NCBI GenBank assembly: GCA_021831785.1
Contig: JAKBMB010000029.1
Coordinates: 87,065 to 151,064, forward strand
Direction of reading: 5' to 3'
DNA length: 64,000 nt
DNA from: Deltaproteobacteria bacterium
GTDB taxonomy: Bacteria; Desulfobacterota; Binatia; Binatales; Binataceae
Shown here: piece by piece, positions 28,937 to 39,111 of the stretch
Numbering within the stretch: the first letter of the stretch is position 1
How the letters are laid out: each line of letters starts with the position of its first letter
Position numbers and translations under genes: made by a program
Notes under the pieces: model-generated
The model's input: the letters and a program-made list of their open reading frames with translations, nothing else
Told to the model about the DNA's origin: nothing
Database searches by the model: none

Positions 28937-30346
28937 ATGGACCAAAGCTTACTGTCGATTCGCACCCTGGGCGAACTGCGGCGCGCCGGATACGAGACCA
29001 GCGCGGTGCGCGTGGAGATGCGCGACAATCTCGTCGGGAAGCTGCGCCGAGGCGAGGCGCTCTTGCCGGGTATAATCGGTTACGACGATACGGTGTTGCG
29101 CGAGATCGAGAACGGGATTTTAGCCGGCCATCACATGATATTCCTAGGGCAACGCGGACAGGCCAAATCCCGCGTCATCCGCCTTCTGCCAAGTTTGCTC
29201 GACGAATTCGTCCCGGTCGTTCAAGGCTGCGAGCTGAACGACAATCCCTATGCGCCCATTTGCCGGCGCTGCCGGAGCATGCTGGCCGAGCAAGGCGACG
29301 GCCTGCCGATCACGTGGCTCGGGCGCGAACATCGATACGCCGAAAAGCTCGCCACGCCCGACGTTTCGGTCGCGGACCTGATTGGCGAGGTCGACCCCAT
29401 CAAGGTCGCCGAGGGCCGCTACCTTGCCGACGAAGAGACGATTCATTATGGGCTCATTCCGCGCGCCAACCGCGGCATCTTCGCCATCAACGAACTCCCC
29501 GACTTGGTCGAAAAAGTCCAGGTGGGGTTATTCAACTTGATGGAAGAGCGCGACGTCCAGATCAAGGGCTATAAGGTCCGGCTTCCGCTCGACGTCGTTT
29601 TCGTGGCCAGCGCCAACCCGGAGGACTATACCTCGCGCGGGCGCATCATCACGCCCTTGAAGGACCGCTTCGACCTCCAGATTCGCACTCACTACCCGCG
29701 CACTCTGGCGGACGAGATCGCGATCATGGAGCAGGAGGCGATGCGCCTGCCGCGCGCGGACGCGCAGGTCATCGTGCCGCCGTTCATGAAGGAGATAATT
29801 GCTCAGCTCACGTTCGAGGCGCGCGCCTGCAGCGAGATCAACCATTCCTCCGGCGTCTCGGTGCGTGTCACGATAAACAACTACGAATCGGTGATCGCCA
29901 ACGCCGAGAGGCGCGCGACTCGCAACCGAGAAAGCGAGATCGCGCCGCGTCCTTCCGACCTGTACTCGGCTTATGCTTCGACCGCCGGCAAGCTGGAGCT
30001 TGAGTATCCGGCCGACGGCCGCAACGAGGAGGAGCTCATCGAGCGGCTCTTAAACCGCGCGGTGACCAAGGTTTTCGATCGCTATCTCAAAGTCGAAGCC
30101 TTGAAACCCGTGCTGACCTACTTTCAACCGGGCCGCGGAGTCGAGGTGTCCGACGAGGTGCCGGCCGCCGACTATTTGGAGCCCTTGCGCGAAATCAAGG
30201 GCTTGCGCGAAGCAGTGGGCGCGCTCAAGCCCGGGGAAAGTCCAGGGCTGATCGCCGCCGCGGTCGAGCTCGTGCTCGAGGGGCTGCATCTGCACAAAAA
30301 GCTCAACAAAGAGCGCCGCAACGGTCGTTTCGCTTACCGCGCTTGA
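28937..30346 (+). CDS. ChlI/BchI-like (Mg-chelatase-related) AAA+ ATPase
   Basis: Walker A-like FLGQRGQAKSRVIRLLPSLL, sensor/arginine-finger region VFVASANPEDYTSRGRIITPLKDRFDLQI (matches the ChlI NPEEG...LLDRF block), and a C-terminal helical lid. Confidence 0.75.
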   Translation: MDQSLLSIRTLGELRRAGYETSAVRVEMRDNLVGKLRRGEALLPGIIGYDDTVLREIENGILAGHHMIFLGQRGQAKSRVIRLLPSLLDEFVPVVQGCELNDNPYAPICRRCRSMLAEQGDGLPITWLGREHRYAEKLATPDVSVADLIGEVDPIKVAEGRYLADEETIHYGLIPRANRGIFAINELPDLVEKVQVGLFNLMEERDVQIKGYKVRLPLDVVFVASANPEDYTSRGRIITPLKDRFDLQIRTHYPRTLADEIAIMEQEAMRLPRADAQVIVPPFMKEIIAQLTFEARACSEINHSSGVSVRVTINNYESVIANAERRATRNRESEIAPRPSDLYSAYASTAGKLELEYPADGRNEEELIERLLNRAVTKVFDRYLKVEALKPVLTYFQPGRGVEVSDEVPAADYLEPLREIKGLREAVGALKPGESPGLIAAAVELVLEGLHLHKKLNKERRNGRFAYRA

Positions 30347-30447
30347 GACCAAGCGGCCGCGTTCCGGTCGGGCAGTCCGGCGAATGATAGCCACGCGGCC
30401 GATGGCGTCGGCTCTGACCGGCTGAAACGGAGAATCCGAGCCTGGCG

Positions 30448-32040
30448 ATGCTGATACGGTACACGCAATGGAACGGGTCCCGGCAGGCTCGAGTAGATGC
30501 GGAAACGATCCTCGAGCGCCTGGCCGAGCAACTCTACCAAAGCGGCGGCGTAAGCGAGGCGCTGGATTCGATGACTCGCCAGGGCGTCGAACTGAAGGAC
30601 GGCCGCCGGCTGGCGGGCGTGGATGCGCTGCTCAAAGAGGTGCGCCACCAGATGCGCCGCCGCCAGCGCGACTTCAATCTCAAGCATTCGCTGGCCGACA
30701 TCGAGCGAGACCTAGAGCGGATACTGGAGAACGAGCGCGGCGCGCTCGAAGCGAAGGCCGGGCAAGCGTCGGAACCAGGGGCGCAAGGGCGACGCCTTGA
30801 ACGGCCTGCACGACGTTTGTCCGAGGCAATTGGGCAGCTTGAAGGCCGTCAGTTCGAAGACAAGCAGGCAGCGGGCGATTTCGAGGCGCTGCTCGAAGAG
30901 CGCGACAATGTCCGCGACCTGGAAAATTTCCGCGACCGATTCGCCCGGGTGTTTCAGGGCGCTAAAAGTCTCGGCTATCGGGAATCGGTCGAGATGATGC
31001 GCGAAATGGAGCACTTGGAGCGCGTCGAGGCCGCGCTTGGCGCGGGCGATTTCGACGCCGTCTCGCCCGAGGAGTTGGCCGAGCTTCTCGGCCAGCAGGC
31101 GGGCGCCGGTCTGCAAGACCTGCGCGATATGCAGGCTGAGCTCGAGCAGGCCGGCTATCTGGTCGAGAAAGAAGGCGTTGCGCGATTGTCGCCCAAGGGA
31201 GCGCGGCGAATCGGCGAGCTCGCGCTGCGCGATATCTACCGAAAGCTGCTCAAAGACCGCGCCGGGGCACATCTTACGCGCTGGCGCGGAGCTGCCGAAA
31301 CCATGGGGCAGCTGGGCCGACCGTACGTCTTCGGAGAGCCGCTTAACCTCGATCTGGTGTCGACGCTTAAGCAGGCGCTCAGCCGCAGCGCGCGCCTGCC
31401 GCTCAAGCTTGCAGCGGAAGACTTCCGCGTCTTCGAGAGCGACTACGCCACGTCCTGCGCCACGGTATTGTGCTTGGACATGTCATGGTCGATGAGCTGG
31501 GAAGGAAGGTTCGCCGCGGCGAAGAAAGTGGCGATGGCGCTGGAGACGCTGATTCGCACGCGCTACCCCAGAGACTTTTTCGGGCTGGTCGGGTTTTTTA
31601 CCCGCGCGCTGGAGCTCAAGCCCAAAGAGCTGCCCGAGGTCTCCTGGAACATCGGCGACCCATTCACCAATCTTCAGCACGCCCTGCGCGTGGCCACGGC
31701 GATTCTCGGCCGCCACGCGACGAAGAATCGGCATATCGTGGTGGTAACCGACGGACAGCCGACGGCCTATTTTCGCGACGGCCGCCTGTACTGCGAATGG
31801 CCGCTGTCATTCGGCGGCGTCAGCGCCCGCGCGGCGCAAGAGACGCTCGCCGAGGTCGAGCGCGTCACGCGCAAGGGGATAACGATCAATACCTTCATGT
31901 TGGACGACTCGCCGAGCTTGCGCGGCTTTGTCGAGAAGATCGCGAGGATTAACCGCGGGCGCGCGCTTTTCACCCGACCCGACCGTTTGGGCGAGTACGT
32001 TCTGGTCGATTATGTGGATAAAAGAGACCGGCGCATCTGA
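30448..32040 (+). CDS. von Willebrand factor A (MIDAS) domain protein with long acidic/coiled-coil N-terminal region; partner of the ChlI-like ATPase
   Basis: C-terminal VWA with the DxSxS MIDAS motif (VLCLDMSWSMSW) and VVTDGQPT. The N-terminal 300 aa are E/R-rich and helical. Confidence 0.75.
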   Translation: MLIRYTQWNGSRQARVDAETILERLAEQLYQSGGVSEALDSMTRQGVELKDGRRLAGVDALLKEVRHQMRRRQRDFNLKHSLADIERDLERILENERGALEAKAGQASEPGAQGRRLERPARRLSEAIGQLEGRQFEDKQAAGDFEALLEERDNVRDLENFRDRFARVFQGAKSLGYRESVEMMREMEHLERVEAALGAGDFDAVSPEELAELLGQQAGAGLQDLRDMQAELEQAGYLVEKEGVARLSPKGARRIGELALRDIYRKLLKDRAGAHLTRWRGAAETMGQLGRPYVFGEPLNLDLVSTLKQALSRSARLPLKLAAEDFRVFESDYATSCATVLCLDMSWSMSWEGRFAAAKKVAMALETLIRTRYPRDFFGLVGFFTRALELKPKELPEVSWNIGDPFTNLQHALRVATAILGRHATKNRHIVVVTDGQPTAYFRDGRLYCEWPLSFGGVSARAAQETLAEVERVTRKGITINTFMLDDSPSLRGFVEKIARINRGRALFTRPDRLGEYVLVDYVDKRDRRI

Positions 32041-32163
32041 GGTCCAGCGCGGCGCGTGGACGATGCTCGGCTGATCTTCGCGGTTCGCGCTTGGGCTTGC
32101 GCCGGACGTTCCCCATCTTGTGCGAGGCCGTCGATGAGCGATTCGACGCCGCGCGACGACTGC

Positions 32164-33945
32164 CTAGCGGGCCTTGAACGCTCTTCGCGCGCGGCTCAGT
32201 TGCTGCATGACCTCGCCTGGCACGGTGCCTCCGAGCCGGGCGAGAAACTGATGCTGGCCTTCCAGTTCCACCTCCCACTCGCGCGCATCGATGGCCGTGG
32301 CGCGCTTAAGATGCTCATCGGTGATGTCGAGGCCGTCGAGCGCGACCTCCCCGGCGCGCGGCACCAGACCCACGGGCGTTTGTTCAGCGCCGGCGCGATG
32401 GTTGGCACGCTTGATAATCCAGTCGAGCACGCGCATGTTCTCACCGTAGCCAGGCCACAAAAACGAGCCGTCGGCGTCTTTCCTGAACCAGTTGACCATG
32501 AAAATCTTCGGCGGGCGCGGTATTTTGCGGCCCATCGCCAGCCAATGGGCGAAGTACTGCCCCATGTCGTAGCCGCAGAAGGGCAGCATCGCCATCGGAT
32601 CGCGCCGTATCACGCCGACCTTGCCGGTGGCGGCCGCGGTCGTCTCCGAACCCATCGTCGCGCCAAGGTAAACGCCGTGGCTCCAGTCAAAGGCCTCGAG
32701 CACAAGCGGGACTGTGGAAGCGCGCCGACCGCCGAAAATAATGGCCGAGATGGGCACCCCCTGCGGGTCCTCGGCATGCGGCGACAGCGCGGGATTATTG
32801 CTCATGGGCGTGGTGAAGCGGCTGTTCGGGTGCGCTGCTTTGGCTCCGGAGGCGGCGTTCCACGGCCGGCCCTGCCAGTCGAGCGTGCCGGACGGGGGCT
32901 CGACGCCGATGCCTTCCCACCATATGTCGCCGTCGGGTGTGAGCGCGACGTTGGTGAAGATCGTATCGTGCTTAAGCATCCGCATGGCGTTGGGATTGGA
33001 GTGCGCGTTGGTCCCCGGGGCGACGCCGAAGTAGCCGAATTCCGGATTTACCGCCCACAGTCTGCCGTCGGCGCCGATGCGCATCCAGGCGATGTCGTCG
33101 CCGACCGTAAAGACGCGCCATCCGTCGAAGGCCGGCGGCGGCGTCAACATCGCCAAATTGGTCTTGCCGCACGCGCTGGGGAACGCGGCCGCGACATACG
33201 TTGTCTCGCCTTGCGGGCTTTGCACGCCGAGGATCAGCATGTGCTCGGCCAGCCACTCTTCCTCTCTGGCCATGTGGCTTGCGATGCGTAGGGCGAAGCA
33301 CTTTTTGCTGAGCAAGGCGTTGCCGCCGTAATTGCTGCCGACCGACCATACCGTATCGTCATGGGGGAAATGGCATATGAGCCTGCGCTGCGGCTCGCAG
33401 CCCAGGGTGCAGTGTAGGCCGCGGTTGAAGTCGCCCGCCGGGCCCAGCATGTCGAGCGCCGGCGCGCCCATCCGCGTCATAATCCCCATGCTGAGGGCGA
33501 CGTAGATGCTGTCGGTGAGCTCGACCCCCGCCTTGGCGAACCGCGAGCCGAGGGGCCCGAGCACGTACGGCACGACGTACATCGCGCCCCCGGCCATCGA
33601 GCCCTCAAGCCACTTCGACAGCTTCTCGTAGGTTTGCTTGGGCTCCGCCCAATTATTCGTCGGTCCGGCTTCGTCTTTGCTCGGCGTGCAGATAAAGGTC
33701 GCATCCTCGGTGCGGGCCACGTCGTTCGGGTTGGAGCGATGCAAGTAGCATCCGGGACGCCGATGGCGCTCAAGCGGCAGCAGCACCTTGGCAGCGACGG
33801 CCTCGGACAAAAGGCGGTCTCGTTCTGCCTCTGACCCATCGCACCAAATCAGGCGGTCCGGCCGCGTCAGACGCGCGATCTCGCCCACCCATTGCGCCAG
33901 AGATTGGTTTTCCGCTCCAGCCGTTTTGTTGGGTAGACTAACCAT
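32164..33945 (-). CDS. pckG: Phosphoenolpyruvate carboxykinase (GTP)
   Basis: 593 aa. N-terminus LIWCDGSEAE...CYLHRSNPNDVARTEDATFICT and downstream blocks characteristic of GTP-type PEPCK. Confidence 0.85.
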   Translation of the reverse strand: MVSLPNKTAGAENQSLAQWVGEIARLTRPDRLIWCDGSEAERDRLLSEAVAAKVLLPLERHRRPGCYLHRSNPNDVARTEDATFICTPSKDEAGPTNNWAEPKQTYEKLSKWLEGSMAGGAMYVVPYVLGPLGSRFAKAGVELTDSIYVALSMGIMTRMGAPALDMLGPAGDFNRGLHCTLGCEPQRRLICHFPHDDTVWSVGSNYGGNALLSKKCFALRIASHMAREEEWLAEHMLILGVQSPQGETTYVAAAFPSACGKTNLAMLTPPPAFDGWRVFTVGDDIAWMRIGADGRLWAVNPEFGYFGVAPGTNAHSNPNAMRMLKHDTIFTNVALTPDGDIWWEGIGVEPPSGTLDWQGRPWNAASGAKAAHPNSRFTTPMSNNPALSPHAEDPQGVPISAIIFGGRRASTVPLVLEAFDWSHGVYLGATMGSETTAAATGKVGVIRRDPMAMLPFCGYDMGQYFAHWLAMGRKIPRPPKIFMVNWFRKDADGSFLWPGYGENMRVLDWIIKRANHRAGAEQTPVGLVPRAGEVALDGLDITDEHLKRATAIDAREWEVELEGQHQFLARLGGTVPGEVMQQLSRARRAFKAR

Positions 33946-34117
33946 CTCACAAAATCTCCTCGCGCTCGCCTGGAGATACCATAGTATTCATTTTATCATG
34001 TGAGATGCGCGGTAGCGAGGAATTGTGCCTGACTCGGGCTGACGCGAAACCCTACCGGCGACCGCACTCGGCGAGCGCGGCAGTCCCTTACGCGTCGCAA
34101 AAGGAGCGCGTGTCTTG

Positions 34118-35029
34118 ATGATTCATATTCCGCAGCCTCGACAGGCGATCGAACTCCGGATGGATGACGGCGCCATAATTCGCGTGCGGCGCCACGGCAA
34201 CTTAAGCGGCCCGCGCCTGGTGCTGAGTCATGGCAACGGACTGGCGATTGACGGCTACGCGCCCTTCTGGACTTTGTTCTGCGCGCGATACGACGTAATC
34301 GTCTTCGATCTGCGCAATCACGGGCAGAGCCCTTATCACGGCGCGGCGGGACACAACTGGCCCACGTTTCTTAGCGACGCGCAAACGATTTGGCGCGGTA
34401 TCAGGGCGAACTGGGGCGAGAAGCCCGCCGCCGGGGTGTTCCATTCCCTGTCGGGTATAGTCGCAATCGGCCAAGCGCTGGAGAGCGGGCGGCGATGGGA
34501 CTTGCTGATGCTGTTCGATCCGCCGCTGACGCCGCCGGCGGGTCACGCGCTGCGCGAGCCTTTTCTCGAGCAGCAGCGGGAACTGGCGCGACGGACTTTG
34601 CGCCGCAAGGAGCGATTCAGCGCGCCCCTGGAGCTCGCCCGCCGCCTCGAACAAAATCCCGCCTTTTGCCGCTGGGTGCCGCAAGCTTATGCGGCGATGG
34701 CGAGCGCGACGCTGCGCCGCGACGCCGCCGGCTCCGGCTATGTCTTGTGCTGCCCACGGGAGCTGGAAGCGCGAATCTACGCGACGAGCGACGAAGTGAC
34801 GTTCTGGACGCGCATGAAGAGGCTTGAAGGCCCGGTCAAGCTCGTCTGCGGAGATCCCGCGCACTCGGAGCTCAACGTGGTGTCGCTGGTCGACCGCGCG
34901 CTTTCGGATGAATTCGGCCTCGCTTTCGAGGCCGTACCCGACACCAGTCATTTTCTTCAGCTCGAGCAGCCCGTGCACTGTGCCCGCGCGGTCGAAGAGT
35001 TTTTGCGCCAGCATAATTTCACCGGCTGA
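34118..35029 (+). CDS. Alpha/beta-fold hydrolase
   Basis: Nucleophile elbow VFHSLSGIVA (GxSxG), an HGNG oxyanion region, and an approximately 300-aa fold. Confidence 0.7.
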   Translation: MIHIPQPRQAIELRMDDGAIIRVRRHGNLSGPRLVLSHGNGLAIDGYAPFWTLFCARYDVIVFDLRNHGQSPYHGAAGHNWPTFLSDAQTIWRGIRANWGEKPAAGVFHSLSGIVAIGQALESGRRWDLLMLFDPPLTPPAGHALREPFLEQQRELARRTLRRKERFSAPLELARRLEQNPAFCRWVPQAYAAMASATLRRDAAGSGYVLCCPRELEARIYATSDEVTFWTRMKRLEGPVKLVCGDPAHSELNVVSLVDRALSDEFGLAFEAVPDTSHFLQLEQPVHCARAVEEFLRQHNFTG

Positions 35030-35161
35030 AGCTGCCGTTGCCGCGGTCGGCGCGGTTTCACGGCCCTCGCAAAGGATTTGACGCGCCGGGCTCTGCGCGC
35101 GGATAGTCGATAGAATTGATCACTGAGCGCAGCGAGCGCAAACTGGATTGAGCGCAATGTC

Positions 35162-36523
35162 GTGATGTCAGCGTGGTGCGAACTTGATTTGGCGCAAGCC
35201 GCAGCGCGCGTCAGGGATGGCGCCGTCTCTTGCGCAGAGCTTGTCCACGCGTGCCTGGATCGGATCGAGGCTTTGGATCCGCAGGTGCGCGCGTGGACGA
35301 CGATCAATCGTGACGAGGTCCTGCGCGAGGCGGCGCAACTCGATGCCGAGCGCGCGCGCGGCGCGTGGCGAGGAATTCTTCACGGGGTCCCGCTCGGCGT
35401 CAAGGATGTCTTTTACACCGCGGGCGTAAGAACCGCGGCCGGGTCGCGCCTACTGGCCGATTTCATTCCGCGTTACGACGCGGCGGCCGTGCGTCGTCTT
35501 AAGCAGGCCGGAGCGCTAGTCCTGGGGAAAACGGTCACGACGGAGTTTGCTTACCTCGACCCGGCGCAGACGCGAAATCCCTGGCGGCTTGAGCATACGC
35601 CCGGCGGCTCAAGCAGCGGATCCGCAGCGGCGGTGGCGGCAAGGATGTGCTTCGGCGCCCTGGGAACGCAGACGGTGGGCTCGACGATTCGCCCGGCGGC
35701 CTATTGCGGACTGGTCGGCCTAAAACCGACATACGGACGGATCAGCCGCGCAGGCGTCATACCACTGGCCGAAGGGCTCGACCACATAGGCATTCTGACG
35801 CGCACGGTGACCGACGCGGCGCTGATGCTACAGGTGCTGGCCGGACACGATGCGGACGATCCGCGTGCGTCGTCGCAGGCGGTGCCGGATTACCTGAGCG
35901 GGTTGCAGAGCACCGGCAGGCCGCCGCGAATCGGGGTGTTGTGTGGCGGGGTCTTTGCCGGCGCGGATGACGAGGTGAAGACGCACGTCGAAAACGTCAC
36001 GCAGAGGCTTAGGCGCGCCGGTGCCGAGGTCAACGAAATCGACCCGCCGCAAAGCTTGCCGCATACCGCGCAGGCGCTGGCTGTCGAGGTCGCTTATGAG
36101 GCCGCGGTCTGGGGTCGGGCGCTGTCCGATGATGACCGCGCTCGGCTCGGCGAGAAAATCCGTGACCTAATTGAGCGCGGTCTTGAAATTCAACCCGCGC
36201 AATACGAACAGGCCGAGCGGCTGCGAGACCAGTTTCGCAAGGAAGCGAGGGAACTCTTCGGGCGGGTTGAGCTCTTGCTCGCACCCTCGACCCCGGCCAG
36301 CGCACCCAAGGGCCTTGCCTCGACCGGAGACCCGAGATTTATCGCGCCGTGGACCTTCGCCGGGGTGCCGGTGATTGGGATGCCGATGGGGCTCGACAGC
36401 TTGGGGCTTCCGCTCGGCATTCAGTTAATCGGCCCGCCGTTTGGCGAAGACAGGCTGCTTGTCTACGGGCGTTGGTGCGAGGCTGTAATTGCTTTCGAAC
36501 TCGCGCCGCCGCTAGCGAGCTAA
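35162..36523 (+). CDS. Amidase (amidase-signature family, GatA-like)
   Basis: AS signature GGSSSGSAAAVAA, with the Ser-cisSer-Lys triad region. Confidence 0.8.
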   Translation: MMSAWCELDLAQAAARVRDGAVSCAELVHACLDRIEALDPQVRAWTTINRDEVLREAAQLDAERARGAWRGILHGVPLGVKDVFYTAGVRTAAGSRLLADFIPRYDAAAVRRLKQAGALVLGKTVTTEFAYLDPAQTRNPWRLEHTPGGSSSGSAAAVAARMCFGALGTQTVGSTIRPAAYCGLVGLKPTYGRISRAGVIPLAEGLDHIGILTRTVTDAALMLQVLAGHDADDPRASSQAVPDYLSGLQSTGRPPRIGVLCGGVFAGADDEVKTHVENVTQRLRRAGAEVNEIDPPQSLPHTAQALAVEVAYEAAVWGRALSDDDRARLGEKIRDLIERGLEIQPAQYEQAERLRDQFRKEARELFGRVELLLAPSTPASAPKGLASTGDPRFIAPWTFAGVPVIGMPMGLDSLGLPLGIQLIGPPFGEDRLLVYGRWCEAVIAFELAPPLAS

Positions 36524-36875
36524 GGCTGCTAAGGGCGGGACAGTGCCCAGCGAGCTGGTGGCGGAACCTGGCTCCACATTACTGTACTTCGAGCTGGTCT
36601 CCGGCGTTAGAAGATCGGCGAATAATTCCTGCGGCCCCGCCTATGCGGCCCACTGCGCTTTATGGCCTGTCACCTATGTGATCGGTCTAAGTGCTAACCA
36701 TGTGTTCGCTTGAGCAGGTTCCGGACTCCTTGCCTCGAAGAGCGGGAGAAGGTCGCGAAGGGGGCGCAGCATAACCGTCAGCTCCCGCTTCTGGCCAGCA
36801 GAACATGCATAATGCGATAAGGGCTTTGCAATTGGCCAAAAGAGGAAAGGCTTTGCAAAAGCGCTCCCGCGTTCC

Positions 36876-37799
36876 CTACGCGGCAGCCCACTGCGCGCTC
36901 ATCCCCTCTTTTTCTAGAATTTCGAACACGCGCTGCGGTTCGCCCAAATCACTCCATTCCACGCCGGTCACCGGCAAGACGGCTAGATTCTCCGGCGCTT
37001 TGGCCAGTACTTCGTCGGAGAAGCTCACCGCGCCGAGTTGTTCGTAGAGGCTCTCGACGGCCTGCTCTTCGCCCGCGCTGCCAAGGTCGGAGCGAATCTC
37101 CTCGAACAAGGCATAAAGGTCGGGCATCGTGGTGCGAAGCAATTTGAGCAACGTGGTAACCCACGCCACCATCACAAAGCTGTTCCACAAAAATCCGGCC
37201 CGCCAAAAGCGAGCGGCCATCTCCGGCGAGGGCTTTTCCCAGAACCGGTTCACGCGTAAGAGTTCGGTGCCCGGCACGGGTTCACCGGGCTCGATCCAGC
37301 CGTAGGCTGCTTCGGGCGTGCCCGGGTCGATCCCCAACAGCACTATCAACTCAGGCCGCGTGCTTACCGCGCGGAAAGCTAACTCAACGTGGCGCATGAA
37401 CGCTTCATCGCTGTCGACATAATGGTCCGACGGCAGGATAGCTACGCGACCGTTCAGACCCGAACTAACCAACCGCGCGAGCGCATAAAGAATCGCGGGT
37501 GCGGTGCCGCGATTCTGCGGCTGAACCACCACACGTTCGGCTGGCGTACCGGCCAGAATCGGCGTATAAAACGCCGCATGCGGCCGCGTGACTACGGTCA
37601 TCATGCGCGCCTCTTCGATGACGAGCGATGCCCGCCGGCGGGTTTGCTCCAACAGGGTAGCGCCTCCGATAAGAGGGCAAAATTGCTTAGGCAAGTCACG
37701 ACCGGTTATCTGGCGCGTCAACGCGCGTAGCCGCGAACCTTCCCCGCCAGCCAGAATTAGCGCCCAGTTTATGTCTTGCTCGTTGACCCCTGCTGTCAT
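36876..37799 (-). CDS. Sugar-phosphate nucleotidyltransferase (mannose-1-phosphate guanylyltransferase-like)
   Basis: N-terminal ALILAGGEGSRLRALT...PKQF motif of NDP-sugar pyrophosphorylases. Confidence 0.65.
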   Translation of the reverse strand: MTAGVNEQDINWALILAGGEGSRLRALTRQITGRDLPKQFCPLIGGATLLEQTRRRASLVIEEARMMTVVTRPHAAFYTPILAGTPAERVVVQPQNRGTAPAILYALARLVSSGLNGRVAILPSDHYVDSDEAFMRHVELAFRAVSTRPELIVLLGIDPGTPEAAYGWIEPGEPVPGTELLRVNRFWEKPSPEMAARFWRAGFLWNSFVMVAWVTTLLKLLRTTMPDLYALFEEIRSDLGSAGEEQAVESLYEQLGAVSFSDEVLAKAPENLAVLPVTGVEWSDLGEPQRVFEILEKEGMSAQWAAA

Positions 37800-39111
37800 C
37801 TTTTACTCCTGCTAATATTTATTTTAATTACTAGCAATTATCTTGCCAAAACTTAAATCCGGTGAGGTTGGGCTTTGAAATACCCTTGCGTCGCGGTGCC
37901 GATCCGCTGTTTCGGATTGCTACAGCAGGTGACTAAAGCTGGGGCGCTTCGCCCCAACCTGAAGACCGTCCAAGCCGTCTGCTCGCCTCGGCGACGATCG
38001 AGGCTCTACGCGCAGCTAAAATTTCCATCACCGCAGTTACTAGGCGCGCCGGGTGTGTGGGCCGTCGGCGGAGAGTTTATCGGCGCCCCGCCCTTCTTTT
38101 GAGCAGGTGCTCCTGTCCTAGGCACAGGCTGGTGCTGATAAAAGCTGATAAAAAAGCGGCAACTACTCCAACGATGCTGCGAACTAACGGTGGTCTCCGC
38201 CTGACTCGCAAGGCGCAAACAACCTGCGCAAGGTCGGCGTTAGAATGTTCACCGCCCCTCAGAAGACGCTAAGGAACGTCTAAACTAACTTATGCCGCCG
38301 CCGCCCTCGGTCGTCTCGCAGCTACCGATGCGGTTTCCGCTACGCAGCGCACGAAGGCGCAACCCGCAAGGCCCGGCACCGGGGAGAGCGATACCGGCAA
38401 GGACCACCAGCTAAGGTCTCACCTCGGGTGAAGAGCGTTTCGATACCGGATCGTATCTCGGGCTGTTGGCAGCAGCTTGGATCGTGAGGAACGGGACAAG
38501 CGCGTTCCGATCGCTGGGCAGGCGAGCGCGCTTTTGTTGACGGCAGCGCTGCTTTGCTCATTCTTGGCGTTTGCTTCCGGCAGTTTTTCGAACGGCCGTT
38601 TAAGCAGCGTCGGGTGGAAAAAAAAGCGTCGGCTGAAATACGAAACGAACAGGATCGGCTTCTGAGGTGGGAAATCGATGTCTCAGGGTGGGCGCCGATG
38701 CCCCTGCCGATTCTCTGCGAGCGCGCGTTTAGCTGGCCTAAAGCTGCGGATCGGCTGGCACATGATGTGCTGTACATAGTTGGTCGCAGCCTAAAATAGG
38801 GGGATGCGGAGCAGAGTAAGATCATTGCGCCGCCAGCGGACTGACCTCATTTGGCAGACTTTTTCGTTCCCGCGTTCGAAATGCTTTAACCACTCATAAA
38901 CCAGAGGTGCCGCCGGATGGGCGATTGTGGACGAGTCGTTCGCCCAACAGCCGTCATCCTTCATCCCTCATTCGTGCGTCGGACGCCCGGACGGTGGTTC
39001 ATGTTGGGCGGGACGTTAATCGTGACTAAAATCAGCTAAGATAATCCATGACGAATGTTAGGGTCGTCTACGTTACGCGGCGCAGCAGAATGTCGGAGGA
39101 GAAATGTGACA

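Noticed and set aside
36641-36905. 16-nt direct repeat gcggc(c/agc)ccactgcgc at about 36645 and about 36880
   Set aside because: Only two short copies. One lies inside the nucleotidyltransferase coding region. Likely chance in GC-rich DNA.
37860-38860. Search for RNase P RNA, tmRNA and SRP RNA hallmarks in the 1.3-kb gene-free region
   Set aside because: No GGAAAGUCCGGGCUCC / ACAGAAACCCGGCUUA (RNase P) motifs, no tmRNA-like tag reading frame ending in AA-stop with a tRNA-like 3' end, and no SRP domain IV motif were found on either strand.
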